The notes beneath the pieces are model-generated. The model did no database searches and was not told where the DNA came from. It was given only the letters and a program-made list of their open reading frames with translations. Shown here one piece after another: positions 10,601 through 20,000 of a stretch of DNA of 64,000 nucleotides (positions are counted from its first letter, which is position 1; each line of letters begins with the position of its first letter). The DNA comes from Planctomycetota bacterium. GTDB lineage: Bacteria; Planctomycetota; UBA8108; SXIK01. The translations under genes and the position numbers were made by a program. The stretch lies in the NCBI GenBank assembly GCA_965223845.1, contig CBDCXR010000004.1, positions 5,152,001-5,216,000 of the forward strand, in the 5' to 3' direction.

Positions 10601-12010
10601 TCAAAACCGGTCATTCTGCGTGAGCGCCCGCTCGACGTCGTCCGACCAGCGGGCGACCGTGAGGACGCTCCGCCGCAGCTCCTCGGCGTCACAGGTCGCC
10701 TGCGGGTAGGTGTCCACCATCACGAAGTGCGGTCTGCCGTCGATCGTCTGTACGGCGATCGATCCATGGGGCAGATCGGCGTTGAGCTCGAGCGCCCGGC
10801 GAAAGTAGCCTTCGTGAAGTGGCGCGCAGACGCTGTAGATCCGGACGAGGCGGGCAGCGAGCGGCTCACCCGGCGATAGATCGATCCTCACGCTCTGGCT
10901 CCGCCCTTCGGGGAGCGAGACGACGGTTTCGTAGCAACCGTTCTTCCGTGTCCAACTGAGCTGGAGCGCGCTGAGCACCTCGGTGACGAACGCGTCCATG
11001 TCGCGAAGGTGCCCGCGCACGGATCGCAGCTCTTCCCAGAGCGCCCCGGCATGGGGGTAACGACGCGCCGGGTCCTTGCTCATGCAAGCGCGGACGAGCT
11101 GCGAGAGCTCTTCGGGCACGGCGGGGATCTCCGCGGAAACGTCGGGAACGGGGTCGCTCTGATGCGCTTCGGCGACCTCTTCGACGGTCGGGCGGACGTA
11201 GGGCAATTGCCCGGTAAGCAAAAAGTAGAGCGTCACCCCGACGGCGTAGACGTCGCTGCTCGCAGTGGCCGCCTCCGCACGGAAGAGCTCGGGCGCCATA
11301 AAATGAGGCGTACCAGCGACACCGCGATCGCCGAGCGTCTGCCCGCTCGCGAGAACGCGCTTCGCGAGACCGAAGTCCGCGAGCTTCGCGGAGCCGGTTC
11401 CGGTCACAAGGACGTTCGCCGGTTTGATGTCTCGGTGAACGATTCCGAGGCGGTGCGCTTCAGCGAGGGCCGAGCAGATTTGACACACGTAGTTCGTCGC
11501 CGTCGCGACGTCGACGGCTTTGCTGTCCGAGAGAATCGCTCGAAGCGACTGGCCGGCGACGTACTCCATCTCGATGAAGTGATAGTCCCCGTCGCGGCCG
11601 ATGTTGTGCACGGTAACGACGTGGGGATGAACGAGAGCGGCGGCGCTTCGAGCCTCCGCGAGAAAGAGCGGAACGAACCGCGGGTCGCGCGCTGCGAGTC
11701 GCGGGCTCAAGACCTTGAGGGCGCAAGGTCGCATGAGCGTCACGTGGTTCGCCTTGTAGACCCGCGCCATCCCCCCTCGACCGACGAAGGATTCGATCTG
11801 GTATCCGGCGATCGTCCGTCCGACGAGATTCTCGTCTCCGAGGAGATTCTCGCCGGAGGCGTCGAACCGCGTCTCGCGATGGAGGACTTCGTGCGTGCTT
11901 CCGAGCGGAACGACCGACAAGAGCTGGCGACAGACCGGACACGTTCGGACGCTCGCGTCCACTGCGTATCGATCGTTGCAACCGTAGCAGAACCGAACTG
12001 CTTCGATCAT
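10601..12010 (-). CDS. Hanks-type Ser/Thr protein kinase with N-terminal CxxC..CxxC ribbon and C-terminal YbjN/CesT-like domain
   Basis: GRGGMARVY, ALK, HRDIKPANVL, DFG and GTPHFMAPE. The start could extend to 12157. Confidence 0.9.
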   Translation of the reverse strand: MIEAVRFCYGCNDRYAVDASVRTCPVCRQLLSVVPLGSTHEVLHRETRFDASGENLLGDENLVGRTIAGYQIESFVGRGGMARVYKANHVTLMRPCALKVLSPRLAARDPRFVPLFLAEARSAAALVHPHVVTVHNIGRDGDYHFIEMEYVAGQSLRAILSDSKAVDVATATNYVCQICSALAEAHRLGIVHRDIKPANVLVTGTGSAKLADFGLAKRVLASGQTLGDRGVAGTPHFMAPELFRAEAATASSDVYAVGVTLYFLLTGQLPYVRPTVEEVAEAHQSDPVPDVSAEIPAVPEELSQLVRACMSKDPARRYPHAGALWEELRSVRGHLRDMDAFVTEVLSALQLSWTRKNGCYETVVSLPEGRSQSVRIDLSPGEPLAARLVRIYSVCAPLHEGYFRRALELNADLPHGSIAVQTIDGRPHFVMVDTYPQATCDAEELRRSVLTVARWSDDVERALTQNDRF

Positions 12011-12416
12011 GATCGTCCCCGGGGCCGTCAGCCTTTCGTACGTTCGTTGTACCACACCCGGGCTCACGATCGCCGCTCGGAGAACCGCGAGCTCCGCAAG
12101 GAAGGCCCGTCCGCGCCGGGTCGATCGCTCGGTCGGCGCCCGGGAGTGTGCATTCAAACGGCACGTCGATTTCGCTGCTTCTCCGCACGGCTAAAGATAG
12201 CCTAGCGTTAGGGCCCGCCGGGTGCGTCCCCCGGTGTGTTACGATGGGGTTCGGTTGAAAGTCCCAAGGTCGCCCTCTGGATCGCCCGGCGGCCACCGCG
12301 TGCGAAGGTGTGCCGCGCTCCCGGCTCGCGACAACTACCGGCCAGAGACTCTCCGGGCCGTCGACGATTCGACGGTCGTCCGAGCGCGCTCTGTCGCCTC
12401 CGTTCCGAATTCCCGT

Positions 12417-14438
12417 ATGACCGTTCGACGCCGCTCGCCACCGTTCCGTCGCCTCTTCGTTGCCGCTATGGCCTTCGGGCTCCTTTCGGCGGCGACGGCT
12501 GCCGCCGACATCAGTCCGCGTGTGCCCGAAGACGTCCAGACCGCACTTCGCCGCGGCGAGGAGGTGCACGTCTTCGTCGAGGTCGATGCGGAGATCTATC
12601 CGGGCTCGTCGACGCGCCAGTCGCTCCGCGATTCCGTCGACCGATTCGCGCGCGCACAAGAGCGCGCGATCGCCTCCCTTCCCGCGTCCCTCCCCGTGCG
12701 CTACCGATATCGCTACTCGCCCGTTTTCACGGTCGTCGTCCGCAGCGAGAACGATGTCGACACTCTTCTCCGCCTACCCGGAGTCGCCGAAATCAGCTCC
12801 GACCTCTACGGCCGTGGCGGGCTCGAGGCGAGTCGAGCGGTGATCCAGGCGGACCGCGTGCTCGAGAGCGGCTGGGACGGTGAGGGGACGGTCGCGGCTG
12901 TCATCGATTCCGGCGTCGACAGCGACGATCCCGATCTCGCGGGTGCCGTCGTTCACGCTTGGCACTACCGCGACCGCGGAGAGATGGTGGGCGAGGGCGC
13001 TCCGGACGCCTCCGGTCACGGAACCGCCGTCTCCGAAATCATCGCCTCGCGCGGAGTGGACAGCGAGGTCGGTGTCGCCCCCGGCGCGGAGATCGTGGCG
13101 ATTCGCGTGCTCAATGACGACGACGGCGGCTGGACGAGCGACTGGGCGATGGGGATCGAGCACGTCGTCCGACTCCACGAGGAAGACAACGGAATCGACG
13201 TCGACGTGATCAATGTGAGCCTCCTCACGTTCGAAGAGTTCGATTCCTACTGCGACTTCAGAGTGCGGCCGCTCGCCGACGCGTGCGCGGCGGCGCGCGA
13301 AGCGGGAATCGTCGTCTTCGCCTGCGCGGGCAACTCAGGGGCTCTCCATGAGCTCGCCATTCCCGGTTGCTACCGGTCGACGACATCCGTAAGCGGTGTC
13401 TTCACCGAAGCGCCCGACACCTTCCCCACATGGGCGAATCGAGGAACGCATCTCGATCTGGTCGCGCCCGGAGAGGTCGAGATCCGCGAGGGGGACGCCA
13501 TCTTCCGCCACCTCGGGTGCTCCTTTGCGACTCCATTCGCCTCGGGAATCGCGTGCGCCCTTCGACAAGTCGACCCGGGCATCTCGCCGCAGGCGATCGA
13601 TCGCCTGCTCAAGGACACCGGAGTCCCCGTCGAGGACGCCGCAAACGAGCGATTCGTACCGCGGGTCGACGCCTGGAATGCGATGCAAAGCCTGCTCGAG
13701 ACAGATTGCGACGAGAACGGCACGGTCGACTACGAAGAAATCGATTCCTTGACCGACTGCGACGACGACGGACGCCTCGACGTGTGTCAGATCGCAGAGA
13801 ACGCAGCAGCGGATTGCAACACAAACGGCATTCTCGACGTGTGCGATATCGCCAGCGACCCGGGTCTCGACTGCGACGAGAACGGACTCATCGACTCGTG
13901 CGAAATCGCGGCGACGCCGGATCTCGACTGCGACGGAAGCGGCGGCCTAGATATCTGCGAGCTCGACGGCAACCCGATCCTCGACTGCAACTGGGACGGG
14001 ATCCCGGACAGTTGCGAGCTCGAGGCGGATCCGAGCCTCGACTGCGATTCGAGCGGAGCGATCGACAGCTGCGAAATCATCGCCGGTCTCGTGGACGACC
14101 TGAACGACAACGGCATTCCGGATTCTTGCGAAGACGGCCTCGTGAGGTTCCACCGCGGCGATGTGAACGACGACGATCGGCTCGCCATCGACGACCCCAT
14201 CTTCGCGCTCAACATCCTCTTCTCGGATGGCGGGACGGTTCAGTGTCTCGACGCCGCCGACTCGAACAACGACGGCGGGTACAACATCGCCGATCCGGTC
14301 TACACGCTTCTCTATCTCTTCGCCGACGGTCCACCACCGGCGTCGCCGGGGCCACCGGGAAGTCCGTGCGGATCCGATCCCGAGCCCCCCGGCTCCCCCG
14401 GCAATCTCGGCTGCGAGTCGTACACGAGTTGCGGATAG
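12417..14438 (+). CDS. Secreted S8 subtilase with Cys/Asp-rich repeats and dockerin-like tail
   Basis: Triad VIDSG / GHGT / GCSFATP, oxyanion AGN, signal peptide, and a C-terminal FHRGDVNDD...DSNNDG domain. Confidence 0.88.
   Translation: MTVRRRSPPFRRLFVAAMAFGLLSAATAAADISPRVPEDVQTALRRGEEVHVFVEVDAEIYPGSSTRQSLRDSVDRFARAQERAIASLPASLPVRYRYRYSPVFTVVVRSENDVDTLLRLPGVAEISSDLYGRGGLEASRAVIQADRVLESGWDGEGTVAAVIDSGVDSDDPDLAGAVVHAWHYRDRGEMVGEGAPDASGHGTAVSEIIASRGVDSEVGVAPGAEIVAIRVLNDDDGGWTSDWAMGIEHVVRLHEEDNGIDVDVINVSLLTFEEFDSYCDFRVRPLADACAAAREAGIVVFACAGNSGALHELAIPGCYRSTTSVSGVFTEAPDTFPTWANRGTHLDLVAPGEVEIREGDAIFRHLGCSFATPFASGIACALRQVDPGISPQAIDRLLKDTGVPVEDAANERFVPRVDAWNAMQSLLETDCDENGTVDYEEIDSLTDCDDDGRLDVCQIAENAAADCNTNGILDVCDIASDPGLDCDENGLIDSCEIAATPDLDCDGSGGLDICELDGNPILDCNWDGIPDSCELEADPSLDCDSSGAIDSCEIIAGLVDDLNDNGIPDSCEDGLVRFHRGDVNDDDRLAIDDPIFALNILFSDGGTVQCLDAADSNNDGGYNIADPVYTLLYLFADGPPPASPGPPGSPCGSDPEPPGSPGNLGCESYTSCG
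13700..14135 (+). repeat. About 8 tandem ~19-aa D-C-x-x-x-G-x-x-D-x-C repeats (putative Ca-binding stalk)
   Basis: DCDENGTVD, DCDDDGRLDVC, DCNTNGILDVC, DCDENGLIDSC, DCDGSGGLDIC, DCNWDGIPDSC, DCDSSGAIDSC, DLNDNGIPDSC. Boundaries are approximate. Confidence 0.85.
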
Positions 14439-14463
14439 CCAAGATCTCTGGCGCTTCCGGCGC

Positions 14464-14988
14464 CTACGGCCCGAGCGGTGGAAACTCGCCCGCGGCGTGA
14501 CGCTCGGCGAGACGCTCGTACTCGGTGAGCACGCGCTCGATGTAGCGCCGCTCTTCGGGACGAATCGAGCGGACGACCTTCGCCGGGACGCCCATGACCA
14601 CCGATCCTGGGGGGATCGCGGTTCCCGGCGGGACGACCGCACCGGCGGCGACAATGCAGTCTTCGCCGACCGCCGCATCGTCGAGAACCACCGAGCGAAT
14701 CCCGATCAGGGTTCTCGATCCCACGCTCCGGCAGTGGACGACCGCGTGATGTCCGATCGCGACATCGGCGGCGATCTCGAGTGGGACGCCTTTCTTGCAG
14801 TGGAGGACGCTGTGATCCTGAACGTTCACTCGATCACCGACGCGAATGGGCGCGACGTCGCCGCGGATCGTGACGTGATGCCAGATGCTCGCGCCGCGGC
14901 CTAGCGTCACGTCGCCGACCACGACCGCGCTCGCCGCGACGTGGGCATCTCCGATGCGCCCCATCGTGTAAATCGGCTCGACCGTCAT
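14464..14988 (-). CDS. Gamma carbonic anhydrase family (hexapeptide repeat) protein
   Basis: IRGDVAPIRVG, NVQDHSVLH and IGHHAVVH metal-ligand pattern. Confidence 0.92.
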   Translation of the reverse strand: MTVEPIYTMGRIGDAHVAASAVVVGDVTLGRGASIWHHVTIRGDVAPIRVGDRVNVQDHSVLHCKKGVPLEIAADVAIGHHAVVHCRSVGSRTLIGIRSVVLDDAAVGEDCIVAAGAVVPPGTAIPPGSVVMGVPAKVVRSIRPEERRYIERVLTEYERLAERHAAGEFPPLGP

Positions 14989-15004
14989 CGCCTGCCGAAC
15001 CGGA

Positions 15005-15250
15005 TCACCCGCGCACCAGAGCCATCGGCAGCGTCACCGGGAGAAGGGCGGTGTCGGCGACGAAGCTGAACGGCAGATCGAAGAGGTAGTAGACCTCTTT
15101 CGACTCGAAATCGACGACATCGAAGAGGATGCGCGTTCCGGCGTAGACGTCCGGCGATGAGCGCCCGTTCAGACCCGCGTAGCGCTGAGTCGTAAAACAC
15201 CCCGCAAGGAGTGGGAGCGCGAGGGCGAGCAGCCAGAGGGAACGATTCAT
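15005..15250 (-). CDS. YceK/YidQ-family lipoprotein
   Basis: Lipobox LAGC, YAGT and DLPFSFVADTALLP signature. Confidence 0.85.
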   Translation of the reverse strand: MNRSLWLLALALPLLAGCFTTQRYAGLNGRSSPDVYAGTRILFDVVDFESKEVYYLFDLPFSFVADTALLPVTLPMALVRG

Positions 15251-15335
15251 GCGATGACCTTTCAGCAATGTGGACTCGCGAGGGTGACGAGTCGGACGTT
15301 CACCGCCCGTCGCAATCGACTCGGGAGTCGGGAGT

Positions 15336-16670
15336 TCACTTCTCGATTCGGTAGAGGTGCGTCTTCGTCCGCAGGTAGAGCTCGTTCGCGATCACCGCCG
15401 GCGACGCCATGCAGCCGTCGTCGAGCTCATTGACCGCGACCGGCTCGTACGTTCGCGATGCACGAAAGACGAACGTCTTCCCCTCGTGGTTCGGTGCGAG
15501 GATCACTCCGCCTGCGTACACGGGAGAGGCGGAAAACTTGCCTTCGAGACGCTCGCGCCACACCCGCTCACCTGACTTGGCGTCGACACAGCTCGCGATT
15601 CCGTCGTCGTGAATCATGAAAATCTCGTCGCCGACGAGCAGCGTCGACGGTTTCGATGGCACGCCGTGGCGGTACGTCCAGTCGACGTGAGTTTCGGTGA
15701 TGTCGCCAGTCCCTCCGGTTCGCACGGAGACGAGATTCGCCTTACTGAAGCCCGTGTTGATAAAAACGCGGTCGTGTCCAAACATCGGCATCCCCGTGCT
15801 CGAGAAGCTCGAGAACCTCACCTGCCAGAGCTCATCCCCGGAGCGGGGATCGTAGCCCATGGCCGCGCGCGAACCGGCGCTGACGAGCTGGAGCTTCCCA
15901 CCGATGGTGACGATGATCGGAGTCGAATACGCCTTCTTGAAGTCGCCGTTCGTCGTACCGCCGAAGTCGTTCGAACGATCCGTTTTCCACGCGGTATCGC
16001 CCGTCCGTTTGTCGAACGCGACAACGTACTGATGGTCCGCACCGTCGAAATGGACGATGAGCAGATTCTCGAAGAGGATCGGCGAGGAGCCGGGGCCGCG
16101 GAAGTGATCGCAGGGAAGATCCGTGCGCCGCCAGAGCGTCGCCCCGGTCGCTGTGTCGAGGCAGGTGGTGAGATAGCTACCGAAGTGAAGGTAGACGCGC
16201 CCCGCCTCCACCGCAGGAGTCGGCGACGCGTAGCTGTTCAGGGCGTGGCAGAACCGAGGCTCCTCGACCTCGCGGACTTTGAGGTCGTGCACGATGCGTC
16301 CGGTCTTCCGCTCGACACAGACGCCGAACATCTGCTTCCCGTCCTCCGTCGCCGTCGTCAGCCAAAGCTGATCGCCGAGAACGACCGGCGACGACCACCC
16401 GCGACCGTGGATCGGCGTCTTCCAACGAACGTGACTCGATTCACTCCAGCGATGGGGCACGGAGGCGTTCGGGGCGAGGCCGTCGCCGCGCGGCCCACGA
16501 AACTGAGGCCAGGTCTCGACGGTCGACGAGCGTGAGCCGGGAGCGGTATCGGAGGATTCGGCGCGGGAGATCTCCGTCGAAAGGTAGGCCGAGAACGACG
16601 CGAGAAGCACGGCGAAGACGCCGTGTCTCCGCCGACACGAAACGCTGCATGAGCGCGGAAGAATCAACAT
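15336..16670 (-). CDS. PQQ-binding-like beta-propeller protein
   Basis: WPQFRGPRGDG, GWSSPVV, NSYASPTP and repeated TG..lW blades. Confidence 0.88.
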   Translation of the reverse strand: MLILPRSCSVSCRRRHGVFAVLLASFSAYLSTEISRAESSDTAPGSRSSTVETWPQFRGPRGDGLAPNASVPHRWSESSHVRWKTPIHGRGWSSPVVLGDQLWLTTATEDGKQMFGVCVERKTGRIVHDLKVREVEEPRFCHALNSYASPTPAVEAGRVYLHFGSYLTTCLDTATGATLWRRTDLPCDHFRGPGSSPILFENLLIVHFDGADHQYVVAFDKRTGDTAWKTDRSNDFGGTTNGDFKKAYSTPIIVTIGGKLQLVSAGSRAAMGYDPRSGDELWQVRFSSFSSTGMPMFGHDRVFINTGFSKANLVSVRTGGTGDITETHVDWTYRHGVPSKPSTLLVGDEIFMIHDDGIASCVDAKSGERVWRERLEGKFSASPVYAGGVILAPNHEGKTFVFRASRTYEPVAVNELDDGCMASPAVIANELYLRTKTHLYRIEK

Positions 16671-17077
16671 GTTGCGGCACCTTCTGCGAGAATTCTCCCA
16701 GCGTAGCTAGCGTGCACCGTTCGGTCGACCGCTAACCGGAACTTTCTCGCGCGATGGATTTCGTGGCGCGACTTTCTCGCGAGGCGCGATTCCGCCGCCC
16801 CTCGATCGCCGCGTCAGAATACCGGACTCCGAACCGATCGGAAGAAGCCTCGATGCCATGAAGCGAGCGTCCGGTGCGTGATATACTGCTCGGTCGATTC
16901 CGCACTCTCCTTGATGCGGCCGGAAGCTACCGCCCTCAGGTCTTGTCTCTCCGCCGCTCGGCCTCGAGCCGAATCCTGTTCTACCGCCGGCTTCTCGCTT
17001 TCCAACCAACGTACGAGCACGTCCGCGAACATCGAATCGACGTTCGCTAAGCCGCGTTCGGCAACTCGACCAACACC

Positions 17078-20000
17078 ATGCCGACCTCTCCTTTCTCCTG
17101 CGTTCTCATCGGCGCCGACACTCTCCTCATGGAGTGCGGCCGCGTGCTCTCGGACCGAGGGCACGAGATCGTCGCCGTGGTCTCGGACGCCCCGCGCATT
17201 CGCGCGTGGGCGGCCGAGAGCAACCTCCGCTCGTTCAGCGTTTCGGGAGATTACGCAAGCGAGTTGCGGGGCACTCCCTTCGATTACCTCTTCAGCATCA
17301 CTCACCTCGCAATCCTTCCCGAGGACGTCCTCGCGCTGCCCGCTAGAGGCGCGGTGAACTTTCACGACGGTGTCCTTCCGCGCTACGCCGGCCTCAACAC
17401 ACCGGTGTGGGCGCTCCTTCGCGGTGAGGAGCAGTATGGGATTACGTGGCATCGCATCACGACGGGAATCGATCGCGGCGACGTCCTCGAGCGGCGCTCG
17501 TTCGAGATCGCTCCGGGTGAGACCGCGCTCTCTCTCAACACGCGGTGCTTCGAGGCGGCGCTCGAATCGTTTCCCGATCTCCTCGCGCGCCTCGAGGCGG
17601 GCGACGAGACGGCTGAGACGCAGGACTTTTCCTCTCGGAAATACTTCGGCCGGTACGACCGCCCGGCCGCTGAGTGCGCGATCGATTGGCGGGAGTCGGC
17701 GGAGGACATCGCTCGGCTGGTCCGGGCGCTCGACTTCGGCACCTATCTCAATCCGATCGGTTGCCCGAAGATCGCCGCGAACCGCCACGGCGCACTCGTG
17801 CGATCCGCGGAGGTCCGCGCCGAGGCAACGAGCGCGGCACCGGGAACCGTCGTCTCGGTCGACGACGACGCGCTCGTCGTCGCCGCGGGCGACGGAGTGA
17901 TCGCGCTGACCGCGCTCTCCACTCCCGACGGCGAAGAGCGGACGGTCGCGGAGTTTTGCGAGGCCGCGGAGCTCGTCGCCGGTCGCGCTCTCGACGACCT
18001 CGCACCCGCGCTCGCCGAGCGGGTCGGGGCGACGCGCGTCGCCCGCGGCGAGACCGTGTGGACCCAGCGTCTCGCGGAGCTCGATGGCTACGAGCTTCCG
18101 TACGCCGATTCGTCTGCCGATCTCGGCGCGCCACCGGAAACGTTCGGGGAAATCGAGATCGATGTTCCCGCCGAGTTTCGCGCGCTCGAAGGAGGCGGTG
18201 ATGCGGAGTCGGTCGTCGCGGGGATCGCGGCCTACTTCGCCCGACTCGCGGACCGAAAGCGGATCGAGATCGCCTACCGCGACGCCGAGATCGATCGCGT
18301 GACGCAGGGTCTCGATGCGTGGTTCGGGACCCGAGTCCCGTTCGTGCTCGAGATCGACGATGCCGAGGCGTTTTCGGTCGCGCTCGGCGCGGTGAGGGCG
18401 GAGCTGGACGCCGTGCGGAAACGCGGCCCCTTCCTCCGCGACGTTCTCGCCCGCTACCCGGAGCTCCAGTCACGCGAGGATCTTCGCGCAGGGCGGCTGC
18501 TCCCCGTGGCCATCGAGATCGGCGATCGAGCGGACGACCGGACCCCCGCGCCCGGGACGCAGCTCCGTGCCCGCGTCAGCGAAGACGGGGCGCGCATCCG
18601 GCTCGACTTCGACCCGCGCGCGCTCTCCCCCGTCCACGTGGGATCGATCGCGACGCAGCTCGCCTCGTTCTTCGCCGGCGTGTCGGCTGACGCCGATCGA
18701 CCATGCTCACGAACGCCCATTCTCAGCGACGACGATCTCCGGCGGATCCTCGTCGAGTGGAACGACACGGAGCGCGAGTTTCCCCGTGACGCCCTCGTCC
18801 ACACTCTCTTCGAGGCTCAAGTCGAGCGGACTCCGGACGCGCCCGCACTCGTCTTCGAGAACACGACGCTGAGCTATCGCGAGCTGAACGCTCGCGCGAA
18901 TCGCGTCGCCAGAGCGCTCCTCGCGCGCGGCGTCGGCCCGGATCGGCTCGTCGGCGTGTGCATCGAGCGGGGTATCGATCTCGTCGTCGCGATCTACGGA
19001 ATCCACAAGGCGGGCGGGGCCTACGTCCCACTCGACCCCGACTACCCGGCCGACCGCCTCGCGATGATGGTCGACGACGCGAAACCGGAGGTCGTCCTGA
19101 CGAGCTCGCGATCCGCTTACGCCGTGCCCGAGGCTGCGGGAACGGTGATTTGTCTCGACGGCGATCGCGCTGCGATCGATGCGCAGTCGGACGAGAACCC
19201 GCGGGTGGAGGTCTCGCCTGCCCATCTCGCCTACGTGATCTACACGTCGGGTTCGACGGGAAAACCCAAGGGCGTGATGGTCGAGCACCGGAACGTCGTC
19301 AACTTCTTCGCGGGAATGGACGAAGTCATTCCGCACGAGTCCGGCGACTCGTGGCTCGCGGTAACGAGTCTCTCGTTCGACATCTCCGTCCTCGAGCTCT
19401 TCTGGACGCTCACTCGCGGACTCCGGGTCGTTCTCTATTCCGATCGAGCGCGCGGCTCGACGTCCACCGCCTCCTCCGCCGAGGAGAAGCACGCAGCGAC
19501 ACCGGTCGATTTCAGTCTCTTCTACTTCTCGAGCAACGAGGAGGAATCGGGCTCGAATAAGTACGAGCTCCTCCTCGAGGGGGCCAAGTTCGGCGATGCA
19601 CACGGGTTCACGGCCGTGTGGACGCCCGAGCGGCACTTTCACGCTTTCGGCGGACTCTATCCCAATCCGGCGGTGACCGGCGCAGCGGTGGCGGCGGTCA
19701 CGAAGAACATCGGCATCCGCGCAGGAAGCGTCGTGCTCCCTCTCCACCACCCGGTACGCGTCGCCGAGGCGTGGTCGATCGTCGACAACCTGTGCGGCGG
19801 GCGCGTCGGCATCTCCGTCGCGTCGGGATGGCAACCGAACGATTTTCTCCTTCGGCCCGAGAGCTACAAGGACGCGAAGGGCGTCATGTTCCGTGACGTC
19901 GAAGTCGTGAAGCGGCTCTGGCGCGGCGAGAAGGTCGCGTTCCCCGGCGCGACGGGCGAAGACGTCGAGGTGCGGACGCTTCCTCGCCCGGTTCAAAAAG

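Noticed and set aside
13700-14135. Periodic DNA considered as a CRISPR array
   Set aside because: The periodicity comes from protein-coding repeats; there are no identical repeats with unique spacers and no cas genes.
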